From Octopus sinensis (taxonomy: Eukaryota): a DNA stretch of 64,000 nt. The notes under the pieces were generated by a model. It did no database searches, was not told the DNA's origin, and saw only the letters and a list, made by a program, of their open reading frames with translations. The stretch lies in assembly GCF_006345805.1 (NCBI RefSeq), contig NC_043000.1:53568001-53632000 (forward strand), read 5' to 3'. A program made the position numbers and the translations under genes. Below, piece after piece: positions 1 through 12,887 of the stretch. How positions within the stretch are numbered: position 1 is the stretch's first letter; each line of letters begins with the position of its first letter.

Positions 1-370
1 TCACTAACTATTTCTCTTTCTCACTCCTTCTATATCCTTTTCATCTCATAAGAGACTAATTCTGAAATGTTAAGACACTTTCTGTTTCTATTAAACCATT
101 AAACTAATACCTTGTTTCTAAAGATTTGTTCCTCCTGTGTGACACTTCATTGTACTTATACTCTATATAAATGTATGTGTGTCTCTGTACTTATATATAT
201 ATATATGTTTTTCGGTGAGTTAAATAAGAGTTTTGACGGTTATTTCCAGCAGGTAGACATACTTAGCATGTCGTCTGATTAATTTTAATCCTTCATCTAT
301 TTAATGATTTTTTGGGCCGGCAATCACCTATATTATTGATTCTGTTATTATCATTTTTTAATGATAACCG

Positions 371-429
371 GTGATTGCTCTACGCCGAAGACAGGCAAAT
401 ACCTAGAAACTGCAGTCCGTGCGTATCAC
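371..429 (+). ncRNA. Type I hammerhead ribozyme motif, degenerate (Penelope-like pLTR relic)
   Basis: gtgat..acg / CCGAAGA / cagg-caaata-ccta / GAAAC / tgca / GTC / cgt..atcac. Stem III loop TGCA is palindromic. Same family as 27557-27601, and flank 481-545 matches the reverse complement of 27460-27530. Confidence 0.7.
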
Positions 430-1034
430 TGAGGTTTACGAGAGAGGGATGACCTCCCTTTACAAATACCATAAGGGCACAGAAAGTGTGCCTAAAGCCA
501 GCTGGAGACGATGATCTCCTGGGGCTAAAAGCTTCAGTAACACCCACCCTTAGTGGTTAGCCATATTGAGAGGGCTAGTATACTTTACATTTATTAATTG
601 TTACACTAGATAATAACAGAGTCAATAATATCTTCGCAAATATTTTCCTCCTGAATTATTTGCTCCGTATTGAAATTATTTTCACACTGGTGGCTGTCAT
701 GATTCAGCACAAAATGAGTCAGTTGCAGTACAGACTTCAATGTGATGGGTTGGGGCTTTCTATCATAGTAACCTGTGCTGAGGAAGGTGAAGCTATAATG
801 CCAGTCTAGAAACTGGTCCATGCAAGTCCAAACAATTGAATGTCTCAGCTTGTTTGTCTGCAGATGGTTGATTTCTGTAGTTATTATCAGTGTTATTTTC
901 GGTGATTCAAATAAGAGTTTTGTCTGTTTTTCTGGGAGGTAGACACACCCATTATGTCCTTTGATTAATTTTAAAATATATAATTGAATAAGATAGAGTC
1001 AACAAGAAGGAGTGTGGCTGGACAGTTATTTTTA

Positions 1035-1138
1035 ATCACTACACATGTTTCCATACAACATAGTTCTTCATATACAAGAATTTGATTATGCAAAGGTTTA
1101 TCTGTATAATGGCATCCCATTGTATTTCCTCAGGTGAT
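1035..1138 (-). ncRNA. Type I hammerhead ribozyme motif with extended stem II
   Basis: Minus strand: atcac / CTGAGGA / aatacaa...ttgtatg / GAAAC / atgt / GTA / gtgat. Stem I is 5 bp perfect. Confidence 0.7.
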
Positions 1139-1429
1139 ATTCAATTGCTGTCCCCATTAGTTACAAAACCTTCAAATTCAACACTAACATGGCATATAAA
1201 CCTTATATATATATATATCTTCTTGGTTATTTTTGTAAACTATATTCTTATATACCTCATGTTATCCTTGATGCCAAACTTTAATTTCTTCCCTTACTCT
1301 CTCTACCTCTCTTTCAATTCATTTATTTTTCTTTCTTTTTACCATTTAATAGCCACCTCCGTTACCATTCTGTTATTGAATGTTGATACATTCACAGTTA
1401 TTTCTGGATATTTAAACTATTAGACTTTA

Positions 1430-2300
1430 ACCCACATGGATTTACACAGGATTGCACCCAAGGACCAGGATCTCAAATCCACAATTCTTTAGTTTAGAGG
1501 TAAAAATCTCCTTGCATCCATATTCAACCTTATCCATTTTATTGAACCTCTGCTCATGTAGAAAATGAACTGTGATTCAGAAAACGTGGTAATCTGATGA
1601 TGCAAGGTTTGCACTGTAGGAGGGTGAGACTGCCCTTGCAATCCCCCAAGTTCCTTGAGTTTGCACTCAGTCACATTGGCAATGTATGCTGCAGTAATGT
1701 CCTTCTGTAGGAATATGCATCTTAGATTCACCAATACCAAGTACCAGCCTTTCAAAGCATCATATGCTCATTGCTGTTGTTGAGCATAAAGGCTAGCATT
1801 CGCAGCATCACCATCTGGGACAATGTCAAAATGCAACATACCCTCAAAATTCCATCACACAGAACATGACCTACTGATCAAACAACCCTTGCTTGGAAAC
1901 AGGTCCCGAAGCTTGACTGGAATGAAATCATTCTAATTACTTCTTATTAGAATTATGTATATAGATCCATTTTTCATCCCTAGCTACAATTCAATTCCAA
2001 AAGGATTAAATGTTTACATGTCATTGAGTTTGGTCATTGGTAAGTTCACGCAGAACTTCACAACAGTGTCTGTTCACAAGACCAAGCTTATGGAAGTGTC
2101 AATTGATGGTGATTTGTGAAGGATCAATTTCTGATGAGAAGATATAAGTGCTTTTGCTTGGCTGTAGTTCAACCATTTCAAGCAAGGCCTCATCTTTCCC
2201 AACAGAATATTTCCCTGACCTTAGTTTGTCTCCATGGTGTCACCTTCCTTGAAATGTCTAAACCAGTTTTGTGCTGCATTTGTCTACAGTTCCTGTAGAC
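1430..2300 (-). mobile_element. Decayed mariner transposase relic
   Basis: Minus-strand translation across frameshifts gives ..YIANVTECKLKELG..HPP(Y)SANLASSDYHVF.., matching the mariner HPPYSPDLAPSDY motif. Multiple stops; boundaries approximate. Confidence 0.65.
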
Positions 2301-2305
2301 AGTTC

Positions 2306-2307
<2 letters not shown>

Positions 2308-2368
<61 letters not shown>

Positions 2369-2370
2369 TA
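2308..2370. repeat. (TTA)n microsatellite
   Basis: Direct reading. Confidence 0.95.
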
Positions 2371-2694
2371 TCTATTTATTTTTTTTTTGCTACTGCCCTA
2401 GCATTCAGTCCTTTTTATTCTACATGTAATGTAAAATGGCTTTATTGAAGCTGTAAAGAATAAACAGTTAATTCTTATATATTATGCGTGAAAATAAAGA
2501 ATAAACAATTCAGCAGTGGTTGAACAAAAATTTGTATCAAATTAATGATATAACATGGAGATACAAATTACCAAAAATTATTAGTGTAAATCTGAAAAGG
2601 CTTTTGACTCAATCTGTGTATAAATGAATGTATGTATGTTTGAGTCACCTTGTTATGTTACAGTACATTTGTATACAAGAGTGTACATATATAT

Positions 2695-3020
2695 TCTTTT
2701 ACTTGTTTCAGTCATTTGACTGCAGCCATGCTGGAGCACCACCTTAAAGGGTTTTAGTCAAAAAAATCGACCCCAGGACTTATTCTTTGTAAGCTTAGTA
2801 CTTATTCTATCTGTCTCTTTTGCCAAACTGCTAAGTTACGGGAACGTAAATACACCAACATCGGTTGTAAAGTGATGGTGGGGACAAACACAGACACAAA
2901 CACACGAATATATACATATCACAAGACTTTGGTCGGCCCAAGTCTATAGTAGAAGACACTTGTCCAAGGTGACATGCAGTGGGACCGAACCCAGTATCAT
3001 GTGGTTTGGAAGCAAGCAGC
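2695..3020 (-). mobile_element. tRNA-derived SINE (abundant octopus-type family)
   Basis: Reverse complement of the ggtgctccagcatggc..cagtcaaatgactgaaacaag tail and the head shared with 27791-28250 and 46275-46890. Confidence 0.8.
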
Positions 3021-3099
3021 ATCAGTGTCTTCAAATATAAACAATAAGCCATATTGTCATCTTGTCTACTTTCTTCAAGCAGTTTTATCTTTTATCTGT

Positions 3100-3302
3100 T
3101 ACTCATTTCAGCCATTGGGCCATGGCCATACTGGAGCACTGCCTGGCAGGATTTAGCCAAATAAATTGTTCCTCAGTCCTTATTTGTAAGCCCAATACTT
3201 GTTCTATTGGTCTCTTTTGACGAACTTCTAAGACACAAGGATGTAAGCAAACACCGATTATCAAGCAGTGATGGAGGAGGAATACAACACACCAGCTTAC
3301 AA

Positions 3303-3361
<59 letters not shown>

Positions 3362-3670
3362 ACACACACACACATACACACGCACACACAATTAGAATGG
3401 GCTTCTTTGTGTTTCTATCTATGAAATCCACTCACAAGGCTTTGTTGAACTCGGGAATGAAGTTGAAGGCACTTGCCCAAGGCATATTACCAGCATGCAA
3501 GTGGTGTCCTTGGTTCTCAATTTTCCGGTCATAGGGAAACATTTCTTCACTATAAAACAGGTGAAGTTTGGCAACAGGAAGGGCACCCAGCAAGAAAAAA
3601 TCTGCCTCAGTAAACTTTTGTTCAATCTATGCAAATATGGGAAAGTGGACATCAGAATGATGATGATGAT
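3100..3670. mobile_element. SINE fragments with internal (CA)n
   Basis: The same SINE tail and core motifs, (CA)n at 3305-3390 and a (GAT)n tail at ~3657-3674. Confidence 0.65.
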
Positions 3671-5449
3671 GATGACAAAGCCTAGAATATGGTTAACGGA
3701 AAATATCTCAGTGTGGAGTGTTCTGCATACAAAATTCAAACTCACAGAATGATACATATGTAATAAACTGAGATATCAGACTTCAATCAAATAAAATTAT
3801 ACAATTAATAGACAAATACACTCTTTGCAACTTTTCTAAATTTGAAACCCATCTGCAAACAATTAGCAGGATAGATAATTAAAATAAAATTACAATTGAA
3901 ATTTTCAGAGAATATAATGAATCTGACCCTTGTGCCAATTTGTGAAGCAGCAGATATATTCAGATATATTTCTGTCTTATTACAACTTCTCAAAAAAAAA
4001 CAAAAAAAAACGCAGTATTCAGTTGACCAGATTAAGTTGGATTAATGCCTGTAGAAACAAAAAGACATGCTGAACATATATATATATATATATAACTGCT
4101 GAAGAAAAATTGTACAGGAGAGTGTGTAGTATACTATAATAAAGAGTTGTAGGTTCTTTGTCTTATATAATTGAGACACATTGTTGATATTTCTAAACAA
4201 AATCTTTTCTTTCTTTCTGTTTCTCTATATATTGATCACTTTTAGACTTATCAAATTTGGTAGACTATGCTTTACTGAAGAGGTTCAATAAGACTGAAAT
4301 ATATTAATTTCTTTCCTCAGTTGATTTAAAGACTAGATCTATTCATATAACTGAATTTTTGTATATATTTCCTAAAATTTCAATTAGCTATTTTTACTGG
4401 AGTTACCTTGCTTGCTTGTAGTATTTTTCAGACTTGAATGCACCTAGAATTAGTTTTGACTATATGGATAATTTAAGTGAAACAATGTTTTTTTTAAAAA
4501 TTCCTTATATCACATAAGTGAATCACTTCTTTAGTAGCAACTATAAATTTGGACTAAACAAGTAAACAGGTTTGTTTCTTTGTTGAAACAAGAAATGTAG
4601 CAGAGTTAACCTAAATATATTTATAGAATTAGAGTAGTGAAAGACCTACAAAATTCAAAGAAAACTAAAGTCAATGTGTACTTTTTTCCTTTGTTTACAA
4701 TTTTTGTTTTTGTGTTTTTTCTTTTGTTGTTGCATTTTTTTTATTAGTACGCAAAAAGAATCCACATCATTTACACTTTTAATAGAACCAATTTTAATCA
4801 CTTTTTCATTTTGAACCAATCAATCAAATGCTAAAATCAATAACTCTTTATTAAAGAACAGTGGAACCGCCTTTAATTTTGTGAGGAAAGATAAAATTGA
4901 GGCATCTTTGAAAGAAAGAGAAGAAAAAAATCTATCAGATAATGACATTGTATTTAAGTGTGCATATATGAATATTTACAGACGCCATTATATGAAAGCA
5001 TCAAAGGAAAAAGGAAAACGTAATTATATGATCAATATTTTCTACAACAAATATGAAGCATGTCTATGCCAATAACATATTTAGACTTATTTACTAACAC
5101 CACCGATGATAATATTGGAAATTAAAATTTGTGTTTGAGAATAAATATTTGTTTCATTTAAATATAATAAAAATGGAGGTTTTAAATTGTTTTCTTCCTT
5201 TTGAAATATATTAAACAATATGGGAATGTGCGTGTGTAGTAACTAAATATGTACCTCCATAATACAAATTTAGGCAAGAATATTTTGCATTTGTTTGTTA
5301 TTTATACTGCATTGAATGGATTCTACAAACAACTCTGAAACATCTGAGATCCAGAATGTAGTGCAACAGAATAAAATCTGGAGTTTTAATCAACAAGTAC
5401 AGACAAACATAAACAAGTTTGTGTATACATACAGGAGTATATTTTTTTT

Positions 5450-5640
5450 CATCTTTTACTTGTTTCAGTCATTAGACTGCAGCCTTGCCGGGTGCCGCCT
5501 TGAAATTTTAGTCAAATGAATCGACACCAATACTTATTTTTAAGCCTGGTACTTATTCTTTTGCCAAACTGCTACATTATGGGAATGCAAACACACCAAC
5601 ACTGATTGTCAAGTGGTGATGGGGGGACAAACACAGACAA
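5450..5640 (-). mobile_element. SINE 3' half
   Basis: cttgtttcagtcattagactgcagcc tail, same family as 2695-2900. Confidence 0.7.
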
Positions 5641-5644
5641 AGGA

Positions 5645-5683
<39 letters not shown>

Positions 5684-5686
<3 letters not shown>

Positions 5687-5910
5687 TATCTCACAGAAGT
5701 ATGTACACCCCTAAAACATTTTAGTTAAATTGCCATTACTCTAATAATATCAAAGGAAATAAACTGAAATTTAAAACTGAATAAAATATATTATACATGA
5801 AAGCATTATGCAAATTTGGAACACAAAACAATAAACATTTTCAAGGATATGAACTATTTTTATGAACTAATATTAATTTTCAAACGTTACAAAAATATGT
5901 ACACCTTAAA
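5684..5910 (+). mobile_element. Tc1-like transposon left end (solo TIR)
   Basis: TA|CAGTATCTCACAGAAGTATGTACACCCC terminus, with an inner direct repeat aaaatatgtacacc at ~5892 (IR/DR layout). No partner TIR seen. Confidence 0.5.
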
Positions 5911-6010
5911 GGAAATTTTTTATATAGTCTATCCACTTTTTTCTCTGACTGAAACCGGTACTGAAATTTTTTTATAAAATTATTTTAACATTTTCTATCT
6001 TGACTTTTTT

Positions 6011-6056
<46 letters not shown>

Positions 6057-6143
6057 ATATATATGTGTGTGTGTGTGTATATCTATATCTATATATATAT
6101 ATATGTGTATATATATATATACATGTATATATATATATATGTA

Positions 6144-7342
6144 CAGGGTGCATTTTTTGCTAACTCCGTATAATCTTGTTTCACAAAATAATAATGGCAG
6201 ATCCTCAGCTTACTCAAGAAACGAAAAGGCATACTGTTATTGTGATCACAAAGGCTGAGTATAGTAATTTTAAAACATCTTGATTTTTAAAAGTTGCCAG
6301 ATCTTTCATCGGCAAAGTTTATAAGGAGCTAGAGATTGAAGATGAAAATGTATCACCAGTATCAAAGCATAAAAAGCATTCTAAATGCTCTTAAATCATC
6401 AGAACACCTGAATTTATCCAGCAAGTTCAACAGACCATTGATTACAATCCCAGAAAGTCCATGAGGTCAATTGCAAAATATCTCTGTGTATCAGAAGGAA
6501 CAGTCAGAAATGTTGTCCATGAAGACATCAGATATATGTCTTATATGATGAGGAAAGGTCAATTTGTCAGAAAAAGCAAAAGAAAATCACTACAGCAGAT
6601 TTGAAAGGCTCATTAACAAACTGAAAAATCCAGCAGAAGATCTGGTTTTTCTCAAAAGAGGAGAACTTCGACTAAGATCAAAAAGTTAACAGAAGAAATG
6701 ATAGGTGGTCATGTTCAGATTCTTCAGATGTTCCAAGTGTTATGCATACAAAATTTCCTGCTACTGTCATGGTTTTAGGAGTTTTCAGCAATGAAGTATA
6801 TGTGATGCCTCCTTACTTCTCTCTACAAGGCCTTAGAGTTAACTCTTCCGCCTACGAGGTCCTTGAAATAATTCTTAAACCTGGATAGACAGTGTATGCA
6901 ATGGAGGGCTATATGTATTTCAGTAAGACTCTGCACTATCACACATTGCTCTAGTAACACAGGAATGGATGGCTGAAAATTTTCATGATAACCATAACCC
7001 CTAACATTTGGCCTCCTAATTCCCCAGATCTCAATCCATTGGACATGTGGAGCATTGTTGGGATAGGTGTCAATGAACATGCCATAACACCAAAGATTCT
7101 TTGAAAGCTGCAATAGTCACCAATGTCCAAAATAAACCAGGACCCTTAATTCGAGCATGTAGATGATTTAGATCTCATATAGAAGCAGTTGTTGAAGCTG
7201 AAGGAGGCTTTATTGAATGACTCTATAGAAAAGAAGGTTTATTTTTATCCTCATAACATTTTTTGTTAAATAAAGTTATTATCTTTTATTATACATATTT
7301 TTTATAAACATAAATCTGTCCTCAAATATCTTATGCACCCTG
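6144..7342 (+). mobile_element. Decayed maT-family (DD37D) Tc1/mariner transposon
   Basis: Termini TA|CAGGGTGCAT...ATGCACCCTG. Relic transposase ..PRKSMRSIAK..VMHTKFPATVMVLGV..DSA..WPPNSPDLNPLD with 37 residues between the 2nd and 3rd D after correcting one frameshift. Stops present. Confidence 0.85.
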
Positions 7343-7368
7343 TGTGTGTGTATATCTATCTATCTATA

Positions 7369-7426
<58 letters not shown>

Positions 7427-7617
7427 AAATAAGAAGAAATACACCTTAATCAATAATCAACTACCAGATAGTACCCAATCACATAATTTATTAAACCACT
7501 AGATATGAACATCAAGGTCAAACATAATAGTATAGAACAAAACAATGCACATCAATGAGTAATATGATACAATAAGTCCAATATGTATAAGTGAATATAA
7601 ATAAATATAAATATAAA

Positions 7618-7752
7618 CTACATCTTACAGCTGTTTCAGCCATGCAGATATGGGTATCTCAATATGCTCATATTAGCCATGTGTGATAAGTTAATATGTG
7701 GTTATAAATGAGACACTTACAAAAATATCCCAAGGCCTCTTCAGAGATTATA
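7618..7752 (-). ncRNA. Type I hammerhead ribozyme motif with ~100 nt stem II insertion
   Basis: Minus strand: atct / CTGAAGA / ggcc...ggct / GAAAC / agct / GTA / agat. Core intact; loop AGCT is palindromic. Confidence 0.75.
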
Positions 7753-8384
7753 AAGTACAAACTAAACTAAATATGAATATCAGAGGAGGTACACACACAC
7801 AAGAGTGGGTACATACCCATAATATATAATATACACATACATATGGGTACATATACCCATACTCCTATATATATATACACATATACACAATAATATACAA
7901 CAATATACATACATATGTTCTATATTCAAGGTTACAGTTGGTCAAAACAATATATTAGAATATTACAATATACAAACATACACATATCTATATTCAAATG
8001 CACATATACAAATTCAATAGTTCATTATATTAAGTTACAAAAAGCCATTAATATTACCATCATTATTATTACCATTGCCACTATTGCTACTAATATTATT
8101 ATTATTATTATTAATAACAATAATACCAGCAGAACAATATATGCATCACGCGGTTCACAGTACATATTATGTGGAAAAAATCGCAACAACAACAATAACA
8201 ATAATACAGTACAATGCAAAACACTATAGATCGGCAAATACATATAAAATGAAAAATATTAATTTACATCAAAGCAAAGTTCACAAGTGTACAAGCATAT
8301 AAATGCATGCCAGCTATAATTTTTGATGATGATATGTATAAAGTATTGTATATATTATATATATCATTATATATCATTATAATC

Positions 8385-8800
8385 ATCATCATTGTTTAAC
8401 ATCTGCTTTCCATGCTGACATAGGCTAGACGGTTTTCCCGAGGACTGGCAAGCCAGAGATTGTACCAGGCTCCAATCTGATCGGGCAAGGTTTCTACAGC
8501 TTGATGCCCTTCCTAACACCAACCACTCTGAGAGTGTAGTAGGTGCTTTTTATGTTCCAGTCAAGTGTTACTGGCAACGACTATGCATAAATGGTGCTTT
8601 TTACATGCCACTGGCATGGGAGCAGGTTAGGCGGCACTGGCAATGACCTCGCTTGAATGGTGCTTTCTACATGCCACCGGCACATGAGTCAATCAGGTGG
8701 CACTGGCAGTGACCACATTCGAATGGTGCTTATTACATACCATTGGCATGGAAGCCAATCAGGTGGTACTGGCATCGGCCACAACACTGATTTCACTTGA
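8385..8800 (-). mobile_element. SINE-like element with ~60 bp internal tandem repeats
   Basis: Reverse complement of the family at 19050-19350 (aaaagcacc..ggaagggcatc..gttaaacgatgatg), with 3-4 copies of tggtgcttttacatgcca..ggcactggc. Confidence 0.65.
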
Positions 8801-8974
8801 CTCAATAGGTCTTTTCAAGCACATTTTATTGTCCAGTGATTGGAGGGTATTGTTAAATGAGCTGGTTATGCGACACTGGCATAGGCCCTGGTTATGGACT
8901 CATTTGGTCTTTTCAAGCACAGTTTATACAGGATTTAGTTGCTTATCATCACCTCTGTGAGGTCCAACGTCATC

Positions 8975-9415
8975 TTGGGCCTACCTTTTCCACAGGTTCC
9001 CTCTGTTGCTCGAGTGTGGCACATTTTCACACAGCTGTCCTCATCCATACACAACACATGACCGTGCTAGTGCAGTCGTCTCTATTGCACGTGGCAATGA
9101 GAGAAATGTTCAGACTGACGGCAGTTCTAAATATCAATGTTCTTACTATTTTGAAGAGAGATAATATTTCTGCTGTTTCACAAACATCACCAATGGCCAG
9201 ACACTATCTAAACTTTTAGCATTCAGTCTGAACTTTTCTCTCATGGCACTCCCACTCTGTCATGTATGCACGCTGACATTACACAACCAGCAGATCATAT
9301 TAGCTTAATTTCTTGCAATATTATGCATGTCCTCAGCAGTCACAGCCCATGTTTCACTGCTGTGTAACATGACAGTTCACACACATGTGTCCTATAATCT
9401 ACCTTTCACTCTCAG
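8975..9415 (-). mobile_element. RTE-type LINE 3' relic, interrupted by a templated insertion
   Basis: Minus-strand translation resembles an RTE RT C-terminus (VMLHSSETWAV.., GHVLCMDEDSCVK..GKGRPKMT). Confidence 0.55.
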
Positions 9416-10644
9416 ATATATATATATATATATTAGTGTCTATGTTTCCATACTTTCATAGGTTAAATCATAATTATCTAGACGGCAGTTCTAAATATCA
9501 ATGTTCTTACTATTTTGAAGAGAGATAGTATTTCTGCTGTTTCACAAACATCACCAATGGCCAGACGCTATCTAACCTTTTAGCATTCAGTTTACTTTGT
9601 CAAATGTAATGCTTATTTATTCAAATTGCTTTGAATTAATTATGCATTATATTGTAGCTTTAAGATTTCAATGATGCGATTGTTGATATTTACTATGACC
9701 TTGTAAAGTAGGGGAGAGATGTTGCATATGGTCAGTCTGAACATTAAAGAGGCAGAATATTTTGGTCAGATATGGCTGGCTTAAATGGTAAAGGGTTATG
9801 ATCACAAATAATCAACACAATTTTTATATAACAGTCATATTTGTTTATACTTAGTACATGATTTCGAAGCAAGGAGACATGAACATTCTACCCTCACACA
9901 TACATGATCTCACACACACACACACACACACACACACAAATATATACATTTGTTGATAGCCTTTCAGTTTCTGTGAGCCAAATCTATTTACAGGAGTTCA
10001 GTTGGCTTGGAGCTACAGTAAGACACACTTGCCCAAGTTTTTATGCAATGGGATTGAAACTGAAACTGTATGTTAGCAAAGCAACCTTCTTAACCACTCA
10101 GCCATGCCTGTGCATATATATGTGTATATATATATGAATATGTAGTTATATGCATACATACATACACATACACATATACTATAATATTTATATGTATGTA
10201 TTTGTGTATCTTTGTGGATGTGTATGTTTGTTTGTCTGTCTTTGATAATGTGAATATTTTTGATAATTTAAATGTCAAGTACATTAGATTTATGCAAATT
10301 TGGAAGACTTGAATTTTAAATACAACACAAATGTAGTCAATGCAAACTTTCATATTGTTATTTAATTTGCATAAAGCCTTATGCTGATGGAAACATTATA
10401 ATGACTGTGCTTTTCTTATAAAGAAATGAGTATTGAGTCGGATAATGATATATCATCTTCTTGTCCTGTTAGCAATAAGAATCTGTTGTAGCTGTCGTTT
10501 CTTTTGGCATTGAAGCAATCTTCCAACTAGCAGCAGCTAACAACATGATAGTTTATCAAGTTATGCACAATAGACCAGAAATATCTCCAATTGAATACCT
10601 GAAAATAAAATGACTTTCCAAAAATTATTTTCAAATATATATAT

Positions 10645-10677
<33 letters not shown>

Positions 10678-11403
10678 TCTTTCTTTATCAAATTTAGAAG
10701 AAAATATTGCTAAAAGAAATATTTTTTATTCATACAATGTAAAGTAAACAAATATCATTGAAAATAATTCTATTCTAAAGGGCAGAGATAGAGAAGTTTA
10801 AATAACTCATTTAAGATATGAGATTTAAATAAAAAATTATAAATGCATCATGATATTTCTTAACATTATCACTTGATAGTTCGTTTTAGATGAAGACACA
10901 ATCATTGGAATAAATTTGATACTGTCATTTAGATGACAGGTCAACAGCTCTTTTAAAATTTTTTAATTTCATTTAAATAGCTTGACACTGCTATTTAAGT
11001 TTACTAAGAAAGAGAGGCTTGAGGTAGTTGAGTTGCCAACAGTTCACACCGAATCAAAAATGGAAAGAAGATATGAGAGAAGATTAAATCATAGCACAAA
11101 ATCTTTATCATTAGATGTCTTTAGGGTTTGTGTTTAAGCCACTATCTGTTCCATCAAGTATTCTTTGTAGGAAGTTTATTTTATGCTGAGATTGCAGTTT
11201 AGTTTCAAATCCTTGTCACTTCAATTTCATTAGTAAATTCATTAGGAAGCCTTATGAGAATTGATGATTAGTAATCTTATGAATTTAATGAGGCTAATTA
11301 CAAGCAAACTAAAACACTTATTGCAAATTATAAATCATGAGGTTTAACATTATTTAATTCAAACTTTTGATTTTAATTTCTTTTATTTATATTATTATAA
11401 TGT

Positions 11404-11650
11404 GGAGGCATGTAGCTTAGTGATTAGGGTGTCAGCATCATGATCGTAAGTTTGTGGTTTCAATTCCTGGACCAGTCGACACATTGTGTTCTTGAGCAAA
11501 ACACTTTATTTCATGTTGCTCCAGTCCTCTCAGCTGACAAAAATGAGTAACGCTGTGATGGACTGGTGTCCCGTCCAGCTGAGAAACATGTACGCCATAG
11601 AAACCGGGAAACTGGGCCCATGAGCCTGGCTAGGCTTTAAAAGGGTGCAG
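11404..11650 (+). mobile_element. tRNA-derived SINE
   Basis: A-box tagcttagtgattag and B-box ggtttcaattcc, followed by a core (cttgagcaaaacacttta..gatggactggtgtcccgtccag). Confidence 0.75.
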
Positions 11651-12102
11651 TCTTCCTCAGATAAATAATCTAACTGTATTAATCACATCATTATATGAGA
11701 AGCCCAATCCGTACTGATAAGTTAAGATTTTTTAATTAGATTAGCATAAGTTTCTACAACCAATTGGACTTCAGACGGAAATTGTGTGAAGCTGATAAAT
11801 TGTTCAGTAAAAGTTGACTTACAGGTGAGGGCAGGGCAGTGGATATGAAGTTTGTTTCCCACTCATGTTGCCTTGGGTTCAATCCCAGCAAATTACCTTG
11901 GACAAGTGACTTCTACAATGCCCCAGATGAAAGTAAACCTTGTTAGTGGATTTGGTAGGTCAAAACTGAAAAAAAATTCCATCGTTTGTGTATATATATA
12001 TATATACCGGAGTAAACACATGAATGTGAAACAAGGTGGAAAAAAGAGTACTCAAATACCAGGGGTAGAGTAATATGCTTTATTTAAAAGCAGCAGGAAT
12101 TC

Positions 12103-12156
12103 AACAAAACCTGTTACTTGGAGTTTCACGTTCCCGTTCGTCGGACAGTTTTTGTT
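12103..12156 (-). ncRNA. Compact type I hammerhead ribozyme motif (CCGACGA core variant)
   Basis: Minus strand: aacaaaaactgt / CCGACGA / acg-ggaa-cgt / GAAAC / tccaa / GTA / acaggttttgtt. Stem I pairs 11/12, and AATAAA lies ~20 nt downstream. Confidence 0.75.
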
Positions 12157-12856
12157 AAAATAGAACTGATATGCCAATTCTATCAAGACTAGTATAAACA
12201 CTACACCTTTAAAAATGGATTTGTTTGATTGGTCCTTTCAAATAACGGTCATATTCGAGCGATAAACAAAAATGAGCTCAATATAAAATATAAAAAATAT
12301 ATTAAAAAATTATAAAAGTCGAGGAAAAAACCTTACATCGAATCTTTGGTTAAAATACATATTGTCGTTAATAAAGAAAATATAATTAATACATGGAAAT
12401 TGAAATTAAAATATTAAAATGCATTAAAATATTTCATAACAGTACATACTCATACTAAACTATACATATATACATCAACATACACAGATAGATGTGCATA
12501 GCCCACATACATATACAGACATATAAATACAAAGCGAAAATATACACACAAATGCATGTACACATATGTATACGCAATCTAGCTCGCATGCAAAATCACT
12601 GTATCCATATAGACTACAAGCTAAATTCATGGATGGGGAAGGGGCATTCTTATTTACAACATAAAGCTAAAGACATAAGTAAGGGAGGGGGAGGGGACGT
12701 AAAGTTACAGGGCTCTATACAAGTAACGAATAGGGAGAGAAAAAAACGAAAGAAAGGAAGGAAGAGAAAAAAGAAAAAGAGAAAATGAAAAAGAAGAAAA
12801 GGAAAGAAGATATATATGTATGTATGTATATATATATTTATACATATATACCCGCA

Positions 12857-12885
<29 letters not shown>

Positions 12886-12887
<2 letters not shown>

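Noticed and set aside
590-875. ORF 606-821(-) with an upstream AG and a downstream AATAAA as a terminal exon
   Set aside because: No recognisable domain, weak polypyrimidine tract, and it is sandwiched between repeat fragments (211-290 resembles 897-975).
4270-4315. CTGAAGA..GAAA as another hammerhead
   Set aside because: No stem I complementarity after a plausible cleavage triplet.
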